Source of the DNA: an uncultured bacterium
GTDB lineage: Bacteria; Hydrogenedentota; Hydrogenedentia; Hydrogenedentales; JAEUWI01
Reading direction: 5' to 3'
Assembly (NCBI GenBank): GCA_963977445.1
Contig: CAXBPH010000078.1
Span: 1 to 27,413 of the forward strand
Length of the DNA stretch: 27,413 nt
Positions 1-8,032 of this stretch are shown piece after piece. Position 1 is the first letter of the stretch. Every line of letters begins with the position of its first letter. The translations under genes and the position numbers were made by a program. Below the pieces are notes generated by a model. It saw nothing but the letters and a program-made list of their open reading frames with translations, was not told the origin of the DNA and made no database searches.

Positions 1-398
1 CATAACCGTCGATGGACACAATACGGTGGACTTTGTGAAATATCCGGGCTAGCGCTTAAGTGAGCCTTCGACAATTGGGAGCGCAGGTCTCGGACGCGCC
101 CAAGGAGTGCGGCCCGCCTGCATTGCGTCGAAGACGTAAAGAGTTTATGGGCAAGTAGTGGGTGCCAACAAAGACCCACTCCGCCAAAACAAACTGAGCT
201 GACCAATCGTGCCGCGCGATCTGGTACTCCAGTTCGTGCGAAGGGACGGTGGCACGTCCATGCCTTGTGATCTTAGCTGCAGAAAGACACGTGGTGACAT
301 GTTTCGCAAGGACCCATTGCGTCATCCTATTGCCTCTGGCACGTGTATTATCGCGTATATTATCCCCGCGATTTGTCCATGCAACAAAAAATGAGCGG

Positions 399-950
399 TT
401 AGCCCAGCCGTTCGATTTCCAACAACCGTTTCTTTCGGGCGGGGTCCCAACGATAGCCACCGAAGCCGCCCGTACGGGGCACGATACGATGGCACGGAAT
501 GGTGATGGTCACCGGATTGCGCGCGCAGGCACTGGCGACGGCCCGCGAGGCGTTGGGGGCGTCCATGCGCCGGGCCAACTCAGAATAGCTCATGGTGGTG
601 CCATAGGGTATTTCCCGGAGGGCTTGCCACACCTGGACCTGAAAGGCCGTGGCCTGGACGTCCAGCGGAAAGTCGGGGAGACGTTTCCGGTCCTCGAAAT
701 AGGCGTTGAAGGCGTCAAAACAGGCGCGCAACGATTCTTCGTCCCGTCGCAGGGTGGCTTGCTCGAAATCCATGCGAAGTCCGGTAACGAGGGGCTTTTC
801 GTCATCTCCAAGCTGCACGCTACACAGGCCCAGCTCCGTGGTGGCAATGAGGAGCCAGCCCAGCGCGCATTTCTCGCACCCATAGCGAATGGTGAGTCCC
901 TTGCCCTGATGCTTAAATCGCTTTGGGGTCATTCGAAATATTCTCTCCAT
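399..950 (-). CDS. ogt: Methylated-DNA--protein-cysteine S-methyltransferase (Ada C-terminal/Ogt type)
   Basis: Active-site motif IPCHRIV; ATAFQVQVWQALREIPYGTTMSY and SRAVASACARNP segments; GGYRW near the C-terminus. Start is ATG 950 or ATG 932. Confidence 0.93.
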   Translation of the reverse strand: MERIFRMTPKRFKHQGKGLTIRYGCEKCALGWLLIATTELGLCSVQLGDDEKPLVTGLRMDFEQATLRRDEESLRACFDAFNAYFEDRKRLPDFPLDVQATAFQVQVWQALREIPYGTTMSYSELARRMDAPNASRAVASACARNPVTITIPCHRIVPRTGGFGGYRWDPARKKRLLEIERLG

Positions 951-1037
951 ATTGCGACAAATAAATAGACGGACCAAGTATACCGACTACGTGTCAGCCC
1001 GTACGCGGCTGCTCAGGCAGGCATAAGGAAATTGAAA

Positions 1038-1064
1038 TGCCCCCGACACAACGTGTCGGGGGCA
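1038..1064 (-). terminator. Intrinsic terminator after the HEAT-repeat gene
   Basis: Perfect 12-bp stem TGCCCCCGACAC-aac-GTGTCGGGGGCA, followed on the minus strand by TTTCAATTT, 25 nt past the stop at 1090. Confidence 0.8.
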
Positions 1065-1089
1065 CCGTGATGATATTCGTTATGGGTAC

Positions 1090-1926
1090 TCAGGCGGACA
1101 TGCCTTCATAATCGGCGAGCAAGGCACCAATCGCTTTCTTGGCATCTTCCGATGTGGACGAGCTATCCAGCTTCTTCTGCCATTTCTTCGCGGCATACCG
1201 GTCCATCATCGTAGAGGCATGGCTGATGGCCGCCTTACGGCACCGAGGTTCGTTGCGATCCATGGCGTCGATGAGTTCATCGTGGGCCTTATCTCCTTTC
1301 AGGCCGACGAGGATAGACAGGAGGTGGACGCATTCGTTGGCTTCGGGTTGGGCCTTGAGCCGGTCTTCCGTCACGTTCACGGCGGTCCGGTTGCTGCCAT
1401 CGTCGGCCAGGGCCGCGAGGATTTCCAATTGGGTTTTTCCCGAAGTCTTTCCGAGGGCCTTGGTCAGGACGCGCTTGGCTTTTTTGGTGCCAATGGCGTC
1501 CAACGTGAGGATGGCGTGGGATGCCGTGGCATCGTCGAGGAGGAGTTCGCCGATTTCCGATACCGTTTCGTTGCCGCCGCACTGCTGAAGCTGACGCAAG
1601 AGAAAGTGAATCACTTCCGCATTCTCGGTTGCTTCCAGCGCCTCCAGGAGGGATTCCTCCACGAGTTCACGGGAATCATCGCTGACGCAATCCGGACCAC
1701 TCACATAGCGGGCCAGGCCGGTGAGGGCATAGCGGGGACCATTGTCATCGCCCGCGCCCAGGGGGACCAGACGTTTGCATAAATCAATCAGTGTGTCCTC
1801 GCCTTTTTCCAGCAGTGCGTTGAAAAGTTGGGCAGACACCGTGGCGTCATTGGCCGGGAAATGGGCCAGGATTTCGTCCACGCTTTCCGAGGCATAGGGC
1901 GAAGGAGAATTGGGGGTGCTTTTCAT
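1090..1926 (-). CDS. HEAT-repeat (alpha-solenoid) protein
   Basis: Ala/Leu-rich helical repeats (FLLRQLQQCGG, AILTLDAIGT, EILAALA); GAGGA RBS before ATG 1926; follows the Gfo/Idh/MocA gene by about 22 nt. Confidence 0.8.
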   Translation of the reverse strand: MKSTPNSPSPYASESVDEILAHFPANDATVSAQLFNALLEKGEDTLIDLCKRLVPLGAGDDNGPRYALTGLARYVSGPDCVSDDSRELVEESLLEALEATENAEVIHFLLRQLQQCGGNETVSEIGELLLDDATASHAILTLDAIGTKKAKRVLTKALGKTSGKTQLEILAALADDGSNRTAVNVTEDRLKAQPEANECVHLLSILVGLKGDKAHDELIDAMDRNEPRCRKAAISHASTMMDRYAAKKWQKKLDSSSTSEDAKKAIGALLADYEGMSA

Positions 1927-1948
1927 CGTAAATATTCCTCTCAAGCGC

Positions 1949-3223
1949 TTAGACGTGCCAGGGGCCGCGCATGGGTTGGTGCAACAGTCGGTTTGCGCCT
2001 TCGTCATCGATAAAGCGCTGGGCATCGGGGTCGAAACGCAAATTGCGACCGAGGCGGACCGCGATGATGCCGAGGTTCACGATCGTGCAGGAGCGGTGCC
2101 CGTTCGATTCGTTGAGCGCAAATTTCTGACGCGTACGGACGGATTCGGAGAAGTCGGTAATCTGTGGTGCGGGATCGGGCAGGGAATCCACCTTTTCCTT
2201 AAGTCCCGGAATATCCGATTCAAATTTTGGGAAGAGCTTGCCTTCGGGACCTTCGATATAAGCGGCCCCTTCGTCTTTGCCTTCCCCATCGAGAATGATC
2301 TCGCATCCATCGGCATAGCGATAGGTAATCCGTCGCCAGGAGCTGACGGCATCGTCATGTTGCTGCGGCGCATCCACTTCAATTTCAACGGGACTCGTAT
2401 CATCCTTTTCCAGGAAATACTGGACCGGGTCGAGATAGTGCTGACCCATGTCACCGAGGCCGCCACCATCGTAATCCCAATAGCCGCGGAAGGTGGCGTG
2501 GGTGCGGTGTTTGCTGTAGGGCTTCCAGGGCGCTGGTCCAAGCCACATGTCATAGTCGAGGGTTTCCGGGATGGGCTCCGGTTTCAGGTCGGTCATGCCG
2601 CTCCACTGGAACTTCCAGTTGAAACCCGTGGTTGCGCCCACCGTCACCTTGAGGGGCCAGCCGAGGAGGCGATTCTCCACGCACTTCTTGATGGGCTTCA
2701 CTTCCGTGCCCATGCCATAGAAGTCACCCTGAAAACGAAACCAGGTGTTCAAGCGGAACATGCGATTGTGCTTCTGCACCGCTTCCACGACCTTCTGGCT
2801 TTCGTAGATGGTGCGGGCCATGGGCTTTTCGCACCAGATATCCTTACCTGCTTCGGCCGCCGCAATGGAGATGAGGGCATGCCAATGGGGCGGGGTGGGC
2901 ACGTGGACAATATCGATGTCGTCGCGGTCGAGCACTTCGCGAAAATCCGTATAGCCCTTCACATCATCCGCGACCCGTTCGAGCGCCGTATCAATGCGGG
3001 CGCGGTCCACATCGCAAACCGCGAGGAGGCGCGAACCGGGATAGCCCAGATGACCACGACCCATGCCGCCCACGCCGATGACGGCTTTGGTTAACTCTTC
3101 GCTGGGCGGGGTGAAACCGGGACCGCCGAGGGCCTTGCGCGGGACGATAGTGAATAATCCGATGGCGGCCGAGGTGGCGAGGAACTGCCGTCGGGTGGGC
3201 TTGTTAGTGGGGGGCTTCTTCAC
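1949..3223 (-). CDS. Tat-exported Gfo/Idh/MocA family NAD(P)-dependent oxidoreductase
   Basis: TRRQFL Tat motif; Rossmann motif AVIGVGGMGRGH; TPPHWHA; GKDIWCEKP; YWDYDGGGLGDMGQHYLD. GTG 3223 is the likely start; the ORF extends to 3286. Confidence 0.93.
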   Translation of the reverse strand: MKKPPTNKPTRRQFLATSAAIGLFTIVPRKALGGPGFTPPSEELTKAVIGVGGMGRGHLGYPGSRLLAVCDVDRARIDTALERVADDVKGYTDFREVLDRDDIDIVHVPTPPHWHALISIAAAEAGKDIWCEKPMARTIYESQKVVEAVQKHNRMFRLNTWFRFQGDFYGMGTEVKPIKKCVENRLLGWPLKVTVGATTGFNWKFQWSGMTDLKPEPIPETLDYDMWLGPAPWKPYSKHRTHATFRGYWDYDGGGLGDMGQHYLDPVQYFLEKDDTSPVEIEVDAPQQHDDAVSSWRRITYRYADGCEIILDGEGKDEGAAYIEGPEGKLFPKFESDIPGLKEKVDSLPDPAPQITDFSESVRTRQKFALNESNGHRSCTIVNLGIIAVRLGRNLRFDPDAQRFIDDEGANRLLHQPMRGPWHV

Positions 3224-3334
3224 GGAGGTGACCCTTATTTGTTGGAACGCTTTCGAATGTCGCCTGGCTATCGCGACGTGCATCAATAAATAGCAACAGT
3301 GAATGACGGGGAGCGAGCCCCGCCCAATATACGT

Positions 3335-3650
3335 GGGAACATAATCCTAGACCACCAGACCCTCGGGCCGCAAGGCACCGCTGAAGAGCGCAATCGCATT
3401 GAACGTCGACTGCTAAACCGCTTGGGAGCATCGGTACAGTCACCCCCTATGCAGTAGTTGTTCCACCGGCGTGTCGATAGGTTGTTTCACACGGGGGATA
3501 CTGTCCCAGAGGGCCGACATGGCGGGGACAGTTTTCGACGGGTAAGTGAAACCGGACACCGTAAGGAGACGTGGGGCCCGTCGGTAACTGTACCCAAAGG
3601 TTCCTATGGCTCTCATCAAATCAGATGGGGTGTAATGGAGGGATGTTCTT
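3335..3650 (+). ncRNA. Candidate large structured ncRNA, family not identified
   Basis: Nested long-range helices: 3335-42/3643-50, 3381-84/3621-24, 3385-89/3609-13, 3423-29/3600-06, 3433-44/3583-94. Local helices: 3470-74/3489-93, 3501-07/3525-31, 3537-42/3577-82. Two GNRA-capped hairpins. No credible CDS in this intergenic region. Confidence 0.55.
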
Positions 3651-3725
3651 AAGTCGATTACCCTGACCAATGAAGTTCCCGTGGTTTGGAAAAGGGGCTC
3701 GGTAACGCATCCACGGTCTCAAAAC

Positions 3726-3765
3726 AAAAAAGCAGACCGACGGATCATCCTGTCCGTCGGTCTGC
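3726..3765 (-). terminator. Intrinsic terminator after the 3810-4502 gene
   Basis: 13-bp perfect stem GCAGACCGACGGA/TCCGTCGGTCTGC with an 8-nt loop and a minus-strand T6 tail (AAAAAA at 3726-3731). Confidence 0.85.
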
Positions 3766-3809
3766 GTTCGCGAAATAGTAATGTTCGTAGGGTGGTCCGG
3801 AAGAAGGGC

Positions 3810-4502
3810 TTATCGGGAGGGGACCCACACTTCTCGTGTTTCATACACGGGTGCAACTTCGCGCCGTCGTGTTTCGTGGTGACCCACCACAACTTCACCG
3901 GTTTTGGGGATAACATATTCAGGAATCCAAACCCGATATTCCTCAACACGACCTTCGTGGACCAGAATCTGCTGGCGTTCCACGTGGCCACTGGGGGCTG
4001 GTGCCGCGTTGTACTGGGCATATTGGCGTTGCTGATGGGTCGTCGCGAGAATACCCACCACGTTTACCACGGCGTTCGCGATAGCCGCGTCACGGTAGGC
4101 TTTCGCCTGGGCCTTTTGTCCCGAATAGGGGTCATAATTGCCACGACCACCATACTCGTTGTAGAGGTAGTCTTGAAGCAGGCCGCCGAGGGGGCCATTG
4201 TTGTTTAGTCCACCCAAGCCCCGATTGAGGTTGCCCAGCGAAGGAGCGCCGGGGCCCCGTCGGGTGTTGGAGCCCACGCCACGGCGGCCGTTGGAACTGC
4301 GACCGATAGGACTACGGGAACTCGTAACGCGCGCCGGAGCGCTGATGCGGTTTGAGCGGCTTGGATTGAATCGGGGAGCAGGTGCTTTGTTGGTTCGCAC
4401 CGAAATTCCGCGATTGGACCGTGAGTTTGCCTGTGCTTCAGCAACGCCGAAGGACAGGAGTGAGAGGCATATTGCTGCGATTAGAATCCGTTCTTTTATC
4501 AT
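3810..4502 (-). CDS. Hypothetical secreted protein with an R/S/G-rich low-complexity N-half
   Basis: GGAG RBS; Sec signal MIKERILIAAICLSLLSFGVAEA; terminator directly downstream. Confidence 0.8.
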   Translation of the reverse strand: MIKERILIAAICLSLLSFGVAEAQANSRSNRGISVRTNKAPAPRFNPSRSNRISAPARVTSSRSPIGRSSNGRRGVGSNTRRGPGAPSLGNLNRGLGGLNNNGPLGGLLQDYLYNEYGGRGNYDPYSGQKAQAKAYRDAAIANAVVNVVGILATTHQQRQYAQYNAAPAPSGHVERQQILVHEGRVEEYRVWIPEYVIPKTGEVVVGHHETRRREVAPVYETREVWVPSR

Positions 4503-4864
4503 GGCACTATCTCCTGGGTTGTAACGCCTGTAACCAAGACGCGACCTTCCCATGCCTATTCACGAAATATGTAGCAAAATCGATAGTTTTACGAAATCCA
4601 TCGGGTAAGTCGCTGCAATAAGGGGACATAGAGCGACCGGCAGGAATAGGAGGTGCCGTGCCGAAAAGGAACGGAACTGGTCAAGGGTGAACGTGTTGGT
4701 CCTTGAGATCTGAGCTCGCAATCCCCTCAATGAAGGTTTTGCCGGAAATCCGTCATGCCGGAGTTTTCCGCTGGGGGCCCACGTGCATGGTCTGGAGGAG
4801 TAGAACAGGAAGCATCGGGCCAAGCCAACGGGGTGCAGGTCCTTTGGCGAGTTTTTCTGCTCCC

Positions 4865-4892
4865 TGTAACCTTTTGAACGCCCATGGGGTAT
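4865..4892 (+). promoter_or_regulatory. Putative ECF-sigma-dependent promoter
   Basis: TGTAAC followed by a T-tract, 17-nt spacer, then GGTAT. Resembles AAC-type ECF promoters (SigW/SigX-like) and lies about 65 nt upstream of an operon encoding an ECF sigma. Confidence 0.45.
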
Positions 4893-4957
4893 CAGGAGTC
4901 AGAACACGCATAGATTTTTCCCGATTCCCGACCCGTGACTTAGTGGAGGACAACACG

Positions 4958-5473
4958 ATGATAATGGCCGATGTGTTCAAGATACTTTTTCTAATTCTCG
5001 GTATGCTCCTGTGTACCATGTGTTATTGGTTGCTCTTTCAGGCCTTGTTTTCGGCACGGGTAGAGCAAAGCAGACAGGCCATACTTGCCCATCCCTGGCG
5101 CATATTCTTTACCGGTGCGCTGGTGGGCGGACCCGTGCTTCTCCTGGGTGTCGCCCTCCTGCAGGGGGCCGGTCCCGCGAAATTTATCGGGGGGGCGACC
5201 ATCGTGACCATTGTCACCCTGGCCCTCTTTGGCTCGACCGGCCTCGTGCGCCATGTCGGGGAGCAACTCAGTGCAGGCGGGACGCAGCGTCCTTCCGGGT
5301 TGACGGTCCTGCGTGGTGGGGCGGTCGTAGCGGTTGCCTGTGTCTTGCCGATTGTCGGATGGTTCTTCCTGATTCCCGTGGTGCTCATAACGGGGTTTGG
5401 GGCGTCCCTTCGGACCCTCAAGTATCGACGCCCAACACCCCTCGCCGTGCCGGTGACTGCGGTGCAGTCATAA
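4958..5473 (+). CDS. Multi-pass membrane protein (paralog of 9393-9899)
   Basis: GGAGG RBS before ATG 4958; about 5 hydrophobic segments; the stop overlaps the next start (TAATG). Confidence 0.8.
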   Translation: MIMADVFKILFLILGMLLCTMCYWLLFQALFSARVEQSRQAILAHPWRIFFTGALVGGPVLLLGVALLQGAGPAKFIGGATIVTIVTLALFGSTGLVRHVGEQLSAGGTQRPSGLTVLRGGAVVAVACVLPIVGWFFLIPVVLITGFGASLRTLKYRRPTPLAVPVTAVQS

Positions 5474-6879
5474 TGATTTCACGACGCGAATTTCTGGCCT
5501 CCTCTTCCATGGCGTTGGCCGCGTGTTCCACTTCGACGTGGTCTCATGGGCGTACCGCCGAGATGGCCCAGGAAGACCCCCGGCTCCTTCGCCACGTGCT
5601 CGACCGCGTCGCCTACGGTCCCCGGCCGGAAGATATTTCCCGTGTTCAAGCCCAGGGACTCGATGCCTATCTGGCCTCCCAACTCAACCCGGCGACCCTT
5701 GATGACTCCGAAGGTGAACGGCGTGTTCGACGGCTGGAAACACTGCGATGTCCCACGGGGGAACTTTTCGAATACAAAGAGGAACTCCTGTGGACCGAGT
5801 TGGCTTCGGGAAAGCTCCTGCGGGCGTGCTATAGCGAACGACAGCTCTTCGAGGTCATGGTCGACTTCTGGACGGACCACTTCAACATCGACAGCTCCAA
5901 AGGGGACTGTCCCTGGTTGAAGACCGCCGATGATCGGGACGTCATTCGAAAGCACGCGCTCGGCTCTTTTCCTGAATTGCTACGGGCTTCCGCATTGGGT
6001 CCGGCCATGTTGTGGTATCTCGATGGTCGGTCGAATCGGAAGAGCACGCCGGAGGAGGCTCCCAACGAAAACTACGCCCGGGAGTTGTTGGAACTCCACA
6101 CCCTTGGCGTCCATGGGGGCTACACCCAGCACGATGTGATGGAGGTGGCGCGATGCCTGACCGGTTGGACGGTGCGCTCGGATACGTGGTTTGGAAAAGG
6201 GCGGGTTGAGTTCAATAACGCGTTCCACGACGATGGCGCAAAGCGGGTGCTGGGCCAGGATATACCCGCCGAAGGAGGCAAGGACGATGTGGATAGGGTC
6301 ATGGACATTGTAGTGGGTCATCCCGCTACGGCATCCCACCTCGCGGCGAAGCTATGCCGCAGATTTATCGGGCCCGATACCGATGGGGCAACCATATTGG
6401 TTGTCGCGGCGGCCTTTGCTGAGAGCAAGGGTGACATTCCCGAAACCCTCCGGGCCCTCTTCCAGACCGAGGCCTTTCGCATGCCGGGAGCACCCACGTT
6501 TAAACGGCCCTTCCGCTATCTCGTTTCGGCGTTGCGGGCTTCGGAGGCCGAGATAATGTCGCCGGATGCCCTGTTGGATTATCTGGCCCGGATGGGTCAC
6601 AGCCCCTTTCAGTATCCTACACCCGACGGTTACCCGGAAGAGGCGGCACCGTGGACAGGGAGTTTGCTGTGGCGATGGCACGTTGTCCATGCCTTGAGTC
6701 GTGGTCAACTGCCCGGCGTGACGACCGACTGGACCGCACTGAAATCCAATGCGGGCGGGGGATTGGCCCTGGCAGAATCCCTCCTGGGGCAATCCCTGAC
6801 GCTGGCCGAAAAGAAACTGATACGAAATGGGCAGGCCCCCGGACTTATCCTGGCGGCACCCCGTTACCAGGGAGCGTGA
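5473..6879 (+). CDS. DUF1800 family protein with Tat signal
   Basis: MISRREFLA Tat motif; family motifs QLFEVMVDFWTDHFN, PAMLWYLDG, PNENYARELLELHTLGV, GYTQHDVMEVARCLTGW, HPATA, FKRP, PTPDGYP. Confidence 0.9.
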   Translation: MISRREFLASSSMALAACSTSTWSHGRTAEMAQEDPRLLRHVLDRVAYGPRPEDISRVQAQGLDAYLASQLNPATLDDSEGERRVRRLETLRCPTGELFEYKEELLWTELASGKLLRACYSERQLFEVMVDFWTDHFNIDSSKGDCPWLKTADDRDVIRKHALGSFPELLRASALGPAMLWYLDGRSNRKSTPEEAPNENYARELLELHTLGVHGGYTQHDVMEVARCLTGWTVRSDTWFGKGRVEFNNAFHDDGAKRVLGQDIPAEGGKDDVDRVMDIVVGHPATASHLAAKLCRRFIGPDTDGATILVVAAAFAESKGDIPETLRALFQTEAFRMPGAPTFKRPFRYLVSALRASEAEIMSPDALLDYLARMGHSPFQYPTPDGYPEEAAPWTGSLLWRWHVVHALSRGQLPGVTTDWTALKSNAGGGLALAESLLGQSLTLAEKKLIRNGQAPGLILAAPRYQGA

Positions 6880-6882
6880 TTC

Positions 6883-8004
6883 ATGCGTAGTGATCCAAAG
6901 GTTCGTTTTCGTGAAGAAGCCACCCATACTCTCGTTGTCGTATTTCTTCGTGGCGGTGCCGATGGCCTGAGCATGGTGGTGCCTACCGAAGACGACGCCT
7001 ACTATCGGGCCCGACCGCTAATCGGCATTGCGAAGGGGGATACGAAGGCCCTGGACTCGATGTTTGGCTTCAATGCCGCGATGGCTCCGCTCCATCGCGC
7101 CTACGACGAGGGCGAGTTACTCATCGTCCAGGGGGCCGGGTCGGAAGAAGACAGTCGGTCCCATTTTGAGGCCCAGGACTACATGGAACACGGCGGAACC
7201 GGTGCCGGTGGCTGGCTGGGACGTTATTTGCGCAACAATAGCCGGGCGGCCAACAATCCGCTCGCCGCCGTGGCCCTGGGTAAATATTCTCCCGAGTCGC
7301 TACGATCCTCTCCCGCAACCGTGGTTATGGATTCTCTGGCCGAACTTTCTCTCGGCGAAGATGCCCGGGAGTATCTGGACGATCTACGGGACCTCTACGG
7401 TGCGGCGTCCCTGCCCTGGGCAGATGCGGGTACTGATCTGCTGGACGCCATGGAGCGGATCGAAAGCCTCCATTCAAGCCCCTATGAATCCGAGGGCGGC
7501 GCGAGCTATCCAGACGACGCCTTCGCCCAACATCTCAAGCAAGTCGCCCAACTCGTCAAGGCCGGCCTGGGCGTGGAGGCCGTCACCCTCGACCTGGCAG
7601 GCTGGGACAGCCATGTCGTGTCCGCGACGCTTATGAATCCCCTGATGACCCGCCTGGCTGCGGGGCTCATGGCCTTCTACGATGACCTGGGACCCAAACG
7701 GGAAAACACGACCGTGGTGGTCATGTCAGAATTTGGCCGACGTGTCTACGAGAATGCATCCCTCGGCACCGACCATGGGCGGGGGAGTGTCATGATGGTG
7801 CTTGGCGGCGGCGTTCGTGGTGGTCGCGTTTTGGCCGATTGGCCGGGTCTCGCCGAGGAGCATCTGGAAGGGCCGGGTGATCTTCCGGTTCGCTTCAATT
7901 ATCGCGATATCCTCGCCGGGATAGTTCAGCGACACCTCCCGGAAACGGCATTGAACCAGATTTTTCCGGGGTATACACTGAAACCCATGGAGACAATGTA
8001 TTGA
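6883..8004 (+). CDS. DUF1501 family protein
   Basis: LVVVFLRGGADGLSMVVP, SRSHFEAQ, GWLGR, GWDSH, VVVMSEFGRR, ENASLGTDHG, GGGVRGG; adjacent to DUF1800, its usual partner. Confidence 0.92.
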   Translation: MRSDPKVRFREEATHTLVVVFLRGGADGLSMVVPTEDDAYYRARPLIGIAKGDTKALDSMFGFNAAMAPLHRAYDEGELLIVQGAGSEEDSRSHFEAQDYMEHGGTGAGGWLGRYLRNNSRAANNPLAAVALGKYSPESLRSSPATVVMDSLAELSLGEDAREYLDDLRDLYGAASLPWADAGTDLLDAMERIESLHSSPYESEGGASYPDDAFAQHLKQVAQLVKAGLGVEAVTLDLAGWDSHVVSATLMNPLMTRLAAGLMAFYDDLGPKRENTTVVVMSEFGRRVYENASLGTDHGRGSVMMVLGGGVRGGRVLADWPGLAEEHLEGPGDLPVRFNYRDILAGIVQRHLPETALNQIFPGYTLKPMETMY

Positions 8005-8032
8005 TGACGCGGTTCATCGGAAAGGGTGTGTC

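Noticed and set aside
2..52. Possible 3' end of an upstream + strand gene (ITVDGHNTVDFVKYPG*)
   Set aside because: Too short to support without upstream sequence.
78..270. Degenerate palindromic, REP-like fragments (GGGAGCGCAGG...CCTGC; AGTGGGT...ACCCACT; GGTGGCACGTCCATGCC)
   Set aside because: No clear second copy in the window; too degenerate to call.
1910..3094. 394-aa + strand ORF
   Set aside because: Antisense shadow of the well-supported Gfo/Idh/MocA gene; no motifs.
3381..3404. CTGAAGA followed by a small stem, hammerhead-like
   Set aside because: No GAAA directly after the putative stem II, so the catalytic core is incomplete.
3440..3670. Short ORFs (76 aa minus, 64 aa plus) in the intergenic region
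   Set aside because: No convincing RBS or motifs; the base-pairing pattern explains the region better.
4648..4690. AGGAGGT followed by a 10-codon ORF (VPKRNGTGQG)
   Set aside because: RBS-to-start spacing is only 3 nt and there is no attenuator-like context.
5011..5472. N-terminal extension of the 622-aa ORF
   Set aside because: Overlaps the membrane protein gene; the Tat motif and TAATG coupling place the start at 5473.
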